This document shows positions 33,190 to 41,559 of a stretch of DNA of 64,000 nt, piece by piece. Position numbers and translations under genes: made by a program. Below the pieces are notes generated by a model. That model did not search any database, was not told where the DNA came from, and saw only the letters and a list, made by a program, of their open reading frames with translations. Position 1 is the first letter of the stretch; the number at the start of each line of letters is the position of its first letter. This stretch comes from Vicinamibacteria bacterium (GTDB taxonomy: Bacteria > Acidobacteriota > Vicinamibacteria > Vicinamibacterales > UBA8438), in NCBI GenBank assembly GCA_022821235.1, contig JAJEEA010000419.1:2095-66094 (forward strand), written 5' to 3'.

Positions 33190-34122
33190 TCAGGGGATAT
33201 TCCCGTTGTCCGTCGGCATGGCCGCGATACCCGTACGCGCGGACCCGACCTGAATGCGCGGCTGGTCGGACGCGTCCTCCGGTGGCCGGTAGGTCACCCG
33301 GTACTGGTTGCTGGTCAGCCGGTGCCTCCGGGCGATGTCGGCGGCGACCTCCGGCAACAGCGTACGGAACCGGGTGGACACGACCATCTCTTCGTAGCGG
33401 GCTCGCGTGGCCGCGGCGATATCGGTGCCCCACTGCGCCTGGGCCCGGCCCAGGTTGCGGCCGACGCCGTAGGGGGACGTGAACAACAGCGTGTAGACGG
33501 TCGCCGCGTTGTCGTACAGGCGGTCCATCGTTCGCTGCACCGCGTCGCCCCGGGCCCGGCGGCTTCCCTCCGAGCCGGCCGTCGCGACCATCACGACGGC
33601 GGAGACGTACTGCCGTTCCCGGTCGTCCTCCAGCCGCTCCGCTTCCTCGTAGAGCGCATCGAAGAAGGTCGCGGCGGCGCCCTCGCTGGCGAGAACGCCG
33701 ATGGCGTCGAGGAGCTCCTGCCGGTCGGTGGTGTGGCGCACCCGGTACTGCGGACGTCCGGCGAGGGTGGCAATCGCCACCTCGATGTCCGGCGGAAGGG
33801 CGTTCAGGAAGAGCCTCAGCCCCTCGCGCATGTCCGGGATGGCCGCCTGGCTCTCGGTCGCGTTGTCGACGTAGACGGTCACGCGCGCCGGCCAGTTGAC
33901 GGGCTCGAGATCGAGGATCTCGCAGGCCACGCCGTCCCACTCGACGACCACGTCGTCGGGCGTCATGTCCGTGACCGGGGCGCCCTCGAAGTCGGCGAAG
34001 GCGATGTAGAGCGACTGCTCCTGCGCCGTCGCCACCCCCGCGCCCCACGGCTCTCCGGCCACGACGAGGCTGACCGCGACCGCCGACCCGACGAGCCATC
34101 TACGACCTGTGCGTGTCTCCAT
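33190..34122 (-). CDS. secreted VWA-related domain protein (paralogue of 27502..28440)
   Basis: Collinear similarity to 27502..28440 (VTVYVDNA...IEVAIATLAGRPQYRVRHTTDR...VVMVATAGSEGS). Confidence 0.6.
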   Translation of the reverse strand: METRTGRRWLVGSAVAVSLVVAGEPWGAGVATAQEQSLYIAFADFEGAPVTDMTPDDVVVEWDGVACEILDLEPVNWPARVTVYVDNATESQAAIPDMREGLRLFLNALPPDIEVAIATLAGRPQYRVRHTTDRQELLDAIGVLASEGAAATFFDALYEEAERLEDDRERQYVSAVVMVATAGSEGSRRARGDAVQRTMDRLYDNAATVYTLLFTSPYGVGRNLGRAQAQWGTDIAAATRARYEEMVVSTRFRTLLPEVAADIARRHRLTSNQYRVTYRPPEDASDQPRIQVGSARTGIAAMPTDNGNIP

Positions 34123-34229
34123 GGGACGATGTTAGCGCAGGCGGATGCGCTTCGTCGCGCGGATGTCGGCGTGAGGCGGCCCGGCCGACGGCGTCGCCGC
34201 CCCGGGTCCGCCTCGTCGGGAGCCCGGCG

Positions 34230-34910
34230 TCACCCGTCCACCAGCCAGCCGTCGCGGAGCTGGATGACGCGGCGGCCGTAGGCGGCGTTGACGTCCGAGT
34301 GGGTGACCTGCACGATGGTCGTCCCGTCGGCGTTGAGCCTCGTGAACAGCTCCATGATCTCGCGGCCCTGGTCGGAGTGCAGGTTGCCGGTGGGCTCGTC
34401 GGCCAGAATCAGCTTCGGCTTGGCGATGAGGGCGCGGGCCACGCCGACGAGCTGCTGCTGCCCGCCCGAGAGCTGGCTCGGGTAGAGGTCCTTCTTCCCC
34501 ACGATCTGGAAGCGGTCGAGGGTGTCGGCCACGAGGCCCTGGCGCTCGGAGCGGGGCACGTTGCGGTACGACAGGGGGACATCGAGGTTCTCGGCGACGG
34601 TGAGGTCGTCGAGCAGGTGGTAGCTCTGGAAGACGAAGCCGATGTGGGTGCGGCCGAGGGCCTGCCGGTGCTTCGTCCGCAGGCTGTGGACGGGCTGGCC
34701 CAGGAAGTCGTACTCGCCGGTCCACGCCGCGTCGTGCATGCCGAGGATGTGCAGCAGCGTCGACTTTCCGGCGCCGGACGGCCCCATGACGGAGACGAAC
34801 TCGCCCTCGGCGATGTCGAGGGTGATGCGGCGCAGGACGAACGTCCGGCTGACGCCGTGGCTGAAGCTCTTCTCGATGTCGCGCAGCGCGATCAGGGGCT
34901 CGGGCATCAT
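34230..34910 (-). CDS. ABC transporter ATP-binding protein (LolD/MacB type), no adjacent permease
   Basis: Walker A GPSGAGKST, signature LSGGQQQ, Walker B LILADEPTG. Confidence 0.85.
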   Translation of the reverse strand: MMPEPLIALRDIEKSFSHGVSRTFVLRRITLDIAEGEFVSVMGPSGAGKSTLLHILGMHDAAWTGEYDFLGQPVHSLRTKHRQALGRTHIGFVFQSYHLLDDLTVAENLDVPLSYRNVPRSERQGLVADTLDRFQIVGKKDLYPSQLSGGQQQLVGVARALIAKPKLILADEPTGNLHSDQGREIMELFTRLNADGTTIVQVTHSDVNAAYGRRVIQLRDGWLVDG

Positions 34911-34973
34911 GGGAGCTTACCGCACCGAGCGTGCCGGCGTCCCGCGGTCGGCCCTGTTCTACAATCCCCCGCC

Positions 34974-35954
34974 ATGAGAGCCATGCTGTGCAAGGCGTAC
35001 GGCCCGCCGGAGAGCCTCGTGTGGGAGGAGATCGACCCGCCGGCGCTCGACGACGACGGGGTGCGCATCCGCGTCCGGGCGGCCGGGGTCAACTTCCCCG
35101 ACCTGCTGATCATCGAGGGCAAGTACCAGTTCAAGCCGGACATGCCGTTCGCGCCGGGGGCGGAGGTCGCCGGCGAGGTGGTCGAGATCGGGGCCGGCGT
35201 GACGCGGTTCACGCCGGGCGACCGGGTGATCGGGATGACGCGCTGGAACGGCTACGCCGAGGAGGCGGTGGTGCCCGAGGAACGGTGTCTCCGCCTGCCC
35301 GCCGGCATGTCGTTCGAGATCGGGGCCGGCTTCCCCATGACCTACGGCACCAGCTTCCATGCGCTCGTCCAGCGCGCCCGGCTGCAGGCCGGGGAGACGC
35401 TGCTCGTGCACGGGGCGTCGGGCGGCGTCGGCACCGCTGCCGTCGAGATCGGCGGCTGCCTCGGCGCCCGCGTCATCGCGTCGGGCGGCAGCGATGAGAA
35501 GCTGCGCGCCGTGCAGGAGCGCTACGGCGTGGCCGACGCCGTCAACTACCGGACCGACCCGGCGTGGAAGGACCGCGTCAAGGCGCTGACCGGCGGCGCC
35601 GGCGCCGACGTCATCTACGACCCGGTCGGCGGCGACGTCTTCGAGCAGTCGCTGCGCTGCATCAACTGGGACGGCCGGCTCCTCGTGGTCGGCTTCGCCG
35701 GCGGCGCCATCCCCGCCGTGCGCGCGAACCTGGTGCTTCTCAAGGGGTGCCAGGTCGTCGGGGTCTTCTGGGGCGCCTTCGTGCGGCGCGAGCCCGAGGC
35801 GAACCGCGCCAACTTCGACCGGCTCTTCGCGTGGTTCGAGGCGGGCCGGCTGCGGCCGCTCGTCTCGCGCACCCTCCCCCTCGAGCGGGCGCCCGAGGCC
35901 CTCGGCATGCTCGCTCGCCGCGAGGTGGTCGGCAAGATCGTCCTGACGACCTGA
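34974..35954 (+). CDS. qor: NADPH:quinone oxidoreductase (MDR family)
   Basis: ATG at 34974. AAGVNFPDLLIIEGKYQFKP and the GASGGVGTAAVEI Rossmann motif. Confidence 0.8.
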   Translation: MRAMLCKAYGPPESLVWEEIDPPALDDDGVRIRVRAAGVNFPDLLIIEGKYQFKPDMPFAPGAEVAGEVVEIGAGVTRFTPGDRVIGMTRWNGYAEEAVVPEERCLRLPAGMSFEIGAGFPMTYGTSFHALVQRARLQAGETLLVHGASGGVGTAAVEIGGCLGARVIASGGSDEKLRAVQERYGVADAVNYRTDPAWKDRVKALTGGAGADVIYDPVGGDVFEQSLRCINWDGRLLVVGFAGGAIPAVRANLVLLKGCQVVGVFWGAFVRREPEANRANFDRLFAWFEAGRLRPLVSRTLPLERAPEALGMLARREVVGKIVLTT

Positions 35955-36149
35955 CGGCGCGCTGTGGACGTAGTGGTGTAGGCGATGCCGGCCGGCCGCG
36001 AGAACACCTCGCGATAGAGATCGAGGCGCATCGCCGGCCCGTGGGTCGCGACGGGCACCAGGATGCTGCGCGCAGGGTCGATCCGTAGCGGCGCCGTCGC
36101 CAGCCGTCGCCGTCAGGTTGTCGATGGGCTCCCCATGGCCGTCAGGACT

Positions 36150-36356
36150 TCACGCGCGACGTGGCCCATTTCCTTCTTGCTGCGCTGCAGCAATGCGATT
36201 TCGGATGGTGTCAACATCCGGTGCGCGAGCGAGGTACCGAGCTTCCGATTCAGTAAGGCAGTCGAAGGCGTGACCGAACCGTTCCCGCCACCACTCCTCG
36301 AAGTTCCGGCCGTGCTTCTGTCTGAGCTCATGCAGTTGCTCCCGGGATGGACTCAA
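36150..36356 (-). CDS. hypothetical small ORF (TTG start) overlapping the stop of the PRTase-domain gene
   Basis: ORF only. It may instead be a frameshifted tail, because the adjacent frame reads HRMLTPSEIALLQRSKKEMGHVAREVL. Confidence 0.2.
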   Translation of the reverse strand: MSPSREQLHELRQKHGRNFEEWWRERFGHAFDCLTESEARYLARAPDVDTIRNRIAAAQQEGNGPRRA

Positions 36357-36673
36357 CTTGGCCGAGTACGTCTGGCCGGCAGGACGACGGCGCCGATGAC
36401 CGTGCAGCCCTGCTGCTCCACCCAGCCGCGCAGGTTCGCCAGAGTGCCTCCCTGACCGATGAAGTCGTCAATCGTCACGTAATGGCGTCCCTTGGCCACT
36501 TCCCCCGTGAAGGCGGCCTGACGGGCGAGGCGTGCGTAGCCATCCGCACCCGTATGGGACACCACGTTGGTCTGTACAACTGTATCCTCGCATTCCAGTC
36601 CAAGCCGATCGTTCAGCAGTCTTGCCAGCGCAATCGGAATCGCGTTGACTCCCTCACGCTCGTAGGGACACTG
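36353..36673 (-). pseudogene. 3' part of partner gene B2: phosphoribosyltransferase domain (IS-disrupted)
   Basis: PRPP-binding motif GRHYVTIDDFIGQGGTLANL. The frame is open up to the IS junction at 36673. Confidence 0.65.
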
Positions 36674-37950
36674 CGCTAAATTAACTTGCCATCTTGTGGA
36701 TTCTGTGCTTTACTGACCGCATGCGGCGAGACGTGGAGTTGGAAGCCACCATCGTAGCCAAGTACGTCGCGGTGGCGCCTGTACTGGACGAACGTAGTCG
36801 TCGCCGATGGGCCGCCGCCGAGTCGTTGGCGATCGGCTACGGCGGCGATGCGCTGGTATCGTCCGCCACGGGTCTGGCTCGGGAGACAATTCGCAAGGGA
36901 CGCAGGGAGATTGCCGGCGGCGAGGAGCCGACAGGTCGCGTGCGGCGCGCCGGAGCGGGTCGCCCCCGCATTCAGGAGGGTCAACCCGGCATTCTGACTG
37001 CTCTTGAGGCGTTGGTGGACCCGTTGACGCGCGGGGACCCGACCTCGCCGTTGCGCTGGACGTGCAAGAGTCGCGCGAAGCTCGCGGCGGCGTTGACCGA
37101 GCAGGGGTGGCACGTCAGTTCGACCACGGTGGGCCGTCTGCTTAACCGCTTGGGCTACAGGCTGCAATCGGTTCGCAAGCGGCAGGAAGGTACCACGCAC
37201 CCGGACCGCAACGCCCAGTTCGAGCACATCAACGCGACGGCGGCCGCGCATCTGACGGCCGGGCAACCGGTGATCTCGGTCGACACGAAGAAGAAGGAAC
37301 TGGTGGGGAATTTCACGAATGCGGGCCGGGAATGGCAGCCGAAAGGGAGGCCGTCGGCGGTGCGCGTGCATGATTTCCCGAGCGACGCGGAGGGCAAGGC
37401 GATTCCGTACGGCGTTTACGACATGGCCCGCAATGAAGCGTGGGTGAGCGTTGGGCGAGACCACGACACCCCGGCCTTTGCCGTGGCCTCGATTCGGCAC
37501 TGGTGGCAGCGCATGGGCGAAAGGGCCTATCCGGACGCCAGGACCTTGTACATCACCGCCGATGCGGGTGGGAGCAACGGGTATCGGTGTCACGCGTGGA
37601 AGCACGAGCTTCAGCGCTTGGCCGATGAGATTGGCCTGACGATCCAAGTGAGCCACTTTCCCCCCGGCACGAGCAAATGGAACAAGATCGAGCACCGACT
37701 GTTCTGCCACATCACGGCGAATTGGCGTGGGACTCCGCTGACGACTTACGAAACCATTGTCGACCGCATCGGCAACACGCGAACGGCGGCGGGGCTTCGC
37801 GTGCAAGCGGAGCTCGACGCTGGCGAGTATCCTACCGGGGTGAAGGTGAGCAAGGCGCAGTTGGCCGCAATGATGTTGGTGCGTGATGAATTCCACGGGG
37901 ACTGGAATTACAAATTCACTCCCCGATGAAGTTGGCAACTTTATATCGAT
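36674..37950 (+). mobile_element. ISAzo13-family insertion sequence (1277 bp) with 5-bp target duplication CACTG
   Basis: CACTG at 36669-36673 and again at 37951-37955. Imperfect terminal inverted repeats around a TTGCCA core. A single transposase ORF. Confidence 0.75.
36721..37929 (+). CDS. ISAzo13-family DDE transposase
   Basis: Blocks VISVDTKKKELVGNF, AIPYGVYD, ITADAGGSNGYR and HFPPGTSKWNKIEHRLF are characteristic of the Rhodopirellula/ISAzo13 transposase family. Confidence 0.9.
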   Translation: MRRDVELEATIVAKYVAVAPVLDERSRRRWAAAESLAIGYGGDALVSSATGLARETIRKGRREIAGGEEPTGRVRRAGAGRPRIQEGQPGILTALEALVDPLTRGDPTSPLRWTCKSRAKLAAALTEQGWHVSSTTVGRLLNRLGYRLQSVRKRQEGTTHPDRNAQFEHINATAAAHLTAGQPVISVDTKKKELVGNFTNAGREWQPKGRPSAVRVHDFPSDAEGKAIPYGVYDMARNEAWVSVGRDHDTPAFAVASIRHWWQRMGERAYPDARTLYITADAGGSNGYRCHAWKHELQRLADEIGLTIQVSHFPPGTSKWNKIEHRLFCHITANWRGTPLTTYETIVDRIGNTRTAAGLRVQAELDAGEYPTGVKVSKAQLAAMMLVRDEFHGDWNYKFTPR

Positions 37951-38427
37951 CACTGTCCATAGTCAGCAACCGTGCGGCCCAGCCGGACTGACGGGCCGCG
38001 CGAGGCCCACCACCGCGCGCTCGACAGCCGGTCGATACGGGCGACCCGCGAGTCGGCGGCATATGCCTGCTTTACGGACTCCGTCGCGATCACGCCGCCG
38101 TCCAACCGCCGCCGATCGTCTGTAGCGAGGGCTTCCGCACACCAGGCGCAGTCGTCCGCGGGCCGGACGGGCCGTGCCGGCTCGCAGGGCAACAGCCGCT
38201 CCTGCGTCGCCATCTTCTTGAGCAATTTCCTGCCCCCGCCGATGCCATGGCCGCGCGTCGCCACGGAAGAGACCGCTCCAGGCGCCGTCCCGGAGGTCAC
38301 GCACCAGCCCCTCCGTCAGCATCGCTTCACGGATGGTCTCCAGGCGGGCGGCGCACTCACCCTCGGTCGGGTACGAGGTGACGTCGAACACGTCCGGTGT
38401 GATCGCGTAGTCGGCCAGAAGCGCCAT
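37951..38427 (-). pseudogene. 5' part of partner gene B2 (N-domain shared with B1); frameshift at C5 run 38233-38237, then cut by the IS
   Basis: MALLADYAITPDVFDV... starts with a TGATG overlap on the A2 stop. It aligns with the B1 N-terminus (YAIEPDALV; GDRDRRRILRKL vs GDARPWHRRGRKLLKK; PAEQCW vs PADDCAW). Confidence 0.55.
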
Positions 38428-40417
38428 CAGAAGATCTCCCGCAGGTCTTCCTCGAAGAAGCCGCCCGGCCACGCCTTCACCAGCTCGCCCCTCTCGTTGA
38501 GCGGCATCTCTCGAATCAGCGTCTCGGCCCCGTCCGGCTCCACGAACAGCACGTTGACGTCCTCGTGGCGGACCTCGGGGGCGCCGTCCGGCAACGTTCC
38601 CCCGCTGGTCTCCCGCATGCGGCGCATGATGCGCAGGAACAGATGCTCGCTGTGAGTCTCGATCAGGAACACGTTGCCCTCAGCGGCTCCCGTCGCGAAG
38701 AGATCCCCGAGCTCGACCTGCAACCGCGGATGGACGTGCAGCTCCGGCTGCTCGATGGCCGTGATCTCCGGGCGATCCGGATCGAGCGCAGCCACCACCA
38801 CCGGCAGCAGTTGCGAGATCCCGACACCGATGTCGGACGTTCGCACCGGCAGGTCGGACCTGGTGGCCACGAGCTGGATCTCCCGGTGAATCGGCGCGTC
38901 GGCAATGTGCTCGAACCGGGCCCGGACCTTGTCGGGCGCCTCCCTCATGATGTCGTCCGGTGATTCCCCGCCCGACATGCCCGCCAACGCGGCGAAGAAC
39001 GGCGCTCCCCACTCCTCGCCTTCCACGCTCTTGTTCAATATTCCGACCAACGGCGTGGCCGCGGGAAGATGAACAGCTCTCCGCACCTGCAGCGTGTAGC
39101 CCGTGTCCAGCCGATCCTCTCGCGACAGCCAGTCGCTCAGTCTACGAATCACCGTCGCGCTCATGGCCCCGGCGTCGAGTTGCGGCGAGTCGATCAGCTT
39201 TCGCGTATCCTGATCCACGTTGACGCGCGCATGACCGTTCAGGAGATCCCAGGCTGCAGATCCGTCGGCCCAACGTCGACGGTCGGATCGTGCTCGTTCA
39301 CCGCCGGCGGCCGGATGCAGGTTGCGCAGGGGCCCGACATATCTGTACTGGGCCAGCCCATCACGCAAGAGGCCGCCGATCCCGACCACCAGCGTTGACA
39401 CGCCGTGCCAGAGTTCGTGATAGTCGTCATCGAAACCCTCTTCCAGCTCCATATCGAGATGGTGGCCAAAGGACGGCAGGGCACCACACGAACGGCCTTG
39501 GCGGACCGCCATGCGATGGTGCGCCGGCCCGAACGACTGCGGTTCGGGCGCCTCCCGTACTTGTCCGACCTCCGGCAGAGCCGCGGTCTCCAACGCCTGA
39601 CGCGCGGCCCGGAGCTTCTCCAGTTTCGCTTCGAGCGCCGCCAGGGTTCCCTCCCGAAGAACGTGGTCGAGCATTGGATGCGACAGGTTGGCCAGCAGGT
39701 CCGCCTTGTCATCGCCGGCCGATGCCGCAATGTGACCGACGATCTCTCCGTCGACGCCGACCTCGTAGTCGCTCAGAACCGGCCCGTTACGCTCTGTCGA
39801 CCACCGAACGGTCAGCCCCACCCATCCGGTCTCGATGCGACCGGACCGACTTCCCACGGGTACGGCGCGATGCGCATCGCTCCCGCGAGCTCCGGCAACG
39901 CTCGATTTCGCAGGTTCAGCTCGAAGCGGAGCCGCACCGATCGGGCCAAGTCGTGCCCGTGGACGAATTGGCGGAACCCGCCCAGGTCGATGTGATCGCC
40001 GCCGAGACGGGTCTCGTGTGCATCGACGTTGCGCTGGCTCAGAATCTCGTGCGCGTAGCAGAGCGCGTGCAGCACCGTGCTCTTGCCGGCGCTGTTGCGG
40101 CCGAACAACAGGGTGATGGGCCGGAGCTCGATGCGGACCGGCCGACCGATCCCCTTGAAGTTCTCGATCTCGACGGCCCTGATCACCGGCGACTTCCGTT
40201 CCGGCGCCGTGTCCGCCGGTTCCCTTTCGTCCGCCGAGGACCGCCCTGCCTGGATGGACCGCGACGGCAATGCACCGGCCGAAGCCCTCTCCTCGGGCAC
40301 GTCCGACCCGGCGAGTCGTGGGGTCTGCATATCACCCATCGGTCCGTCGCCCATGGGAACCGCAGTGTCGTCACCGCAATCGAGCTCACGCAGCATAGTG
40401 CCGTCCACTCCTCGCAA
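38427..40417 (-). CDS. ABC-type (AAA_15/AAA_21-like) ATPase A2, paralogue of A1; apparent frameshift near 39845-39880
   Basis: VEIENFKGIGRPVRIELRPITLLFGRNSAGKST (Walker A), IEQPELHVHP (Walker B), ETHSEHL (H-loop), C-terminal WPGGFF. Split over ORFs 39812..40417 and 38427..39857. Confidence 0.75.
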
Positions 40418-40542
40418 ATCCGCTCCCGATGTTCACCGCCGCACCCTCGTACCGCGCCTTCCAGCGCGGCCGGTGCTGACCGATGAGCGTTCAAATCCGT
40501 TCGCGCGTTCGCGAAGGCGACAAGACGCGGAATGCCTGCCTG

Positions 40543-41559
40543 TCAAGACCTTCCGGCAGGTCGACCGCGACGATTCTCAGCCGATCGCCGACGACTGGTC
40601 GACTTGTCTGCGGTCACCGTGAATTCACCGTCCTTGTCGAAGAACGGACTGTCGTCGCCAAACCCCTCCCGAACGCGTTTCCATTCCTGATCGTCGAGTA
40701 GCCCGACCGGCTGCACCTTGCCGGGCTCCAGGTCAAGCCCCTTGTCCAGTCGGTAGCCGCCGCGATCGGTCAAGATGTACCGTGCATGGAAATCATCCGG
40801 GGCATCGCTTCGAATGCGCCAGCGGCAGATGCGCACCGACCCGACCCCCGCCTTCAGCATGCCAGGAACATGCGACCTGCACCGCCCTTCGAACTCCTCG
40901 CTGCTCGGCCCGCCTTGCACGGACGGGGATGCCCTCCGTGCCAACGTGTGGATCTCCGCCCGGAGATTACCGTGTACCGCTTGCGCCGCCAGCGCCAGAC
41001 ACGCTCGCACAACGGGACGCCATCGGCTGACGGAGGGATCAAAATGCGGATCGATCAGCAGCAATTGGCGGCTGTTGCGCACGAGGGTACCGACGTGCGC
41101 CGCCAGCGCAGCCGATTCCCGCAGTACCGGAACCTCGCGCGGAACGGCCAGTTTCTCGTGCGATTCGTCGACGTCCTCCTCACGAACCACGTCCGGATGA
41201 TCCTCCGGATTCCGCGTCGCGAGGAGGGCGTGGAACTCCCGGGCTGCAGCCTGTCGCGCAACGGCGTTCCGAATCCAACACTGTTCCGCGGGCGTGATCG
41301 CACCGTCATAGTCGTCTGACCCGCCCAGCCGGATCATCTTGACGTTGGACTGGTCCAGCTTTCGCAGGATCCGCCGTCGATCACGGTCGCCGAGATCGGT
41401 ATTCTCTCGGCAAGCGGCGCGAACCAGTGCCTTCCAGCGCTTTCGGGTCGGATACGCGGCAATCGCCCGGCCATGCTGGAACCCCATCAGATCGAGAATG
41501 TGCCGGCACTTGTCCCACGTGACGAGCGCATCGGGCTCGATTGCGTACGGATAGAGCAT
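40543..41559 (-). CDS. partner protein B1: shared N-domain + C-terminal PLD/MIT_C-like HxR(x)4D..GLD motif
   Basis: ATG overlaps the A1 stop (TGATG). C-terminus has LLLIDPHFDP ... FHARYILTDRGGYRLDKGLD. No other family is recognised. Confidence 0.65.
   Translation of the reverse strand: MLYPYAIEPDALVTWDKCRHILDLMGFQHGRAIAAYPTRKRWKALVRAACRENTDLGDRDRRRILRKLDQSNVKMIRLGGSDDYDGAITPAEQCWIRNAVARQAAAREFHALLATRNPEDHPDVVREEDVDESHEKLAVPREVPVLRESAALAAHVGTLVRNSRQLLLIDPHFDPSVSRWRPVVRACLALAAQAVHGNLRAEIHTLARRASPSVQGGPSSEEFEGRCRSHVPGMLKAGVGSVRICRWRIRSDAPDDFHARYILTDRGGYRLDKGLDLEPGKVQPVGLLDDQEWKRVREGFGDDSPFFDKDGEFTVTADKSTSRRRSAENRRGRPAGRS

Noticed and set aside
34230-34910. Orphan ABC ATPase, considered as part of a defence or toxin system.
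   Set aside because: It has the ordinary LolD/MacB-type sequence. The permease may simply be encoded elsewhere, and nothing unusual is seen in its context.
40385-40405. Second sigma-54-like motif (cGGCACtatgcTGCg, minus strand) near the A2 start, and TGGCACgtcagTTCG at about 37098-37112.
   Set aside because: The first has GG-GC spacing one base too short and overlaps the probable A2 coding start. The second lies inside the transposase gene and has TTCG instead of TTGC.
40480-40505. tRNA-like T-loop string gttcaaatcc between the two ATPase modules (a possible tRNA or att site).
   Set aside because: The flanking bases cannot form a T-stem, and no acceptor or anticodon arms can be drawn. I found no convincing tRNA, rRNA or tmRNA anywhere in the window.
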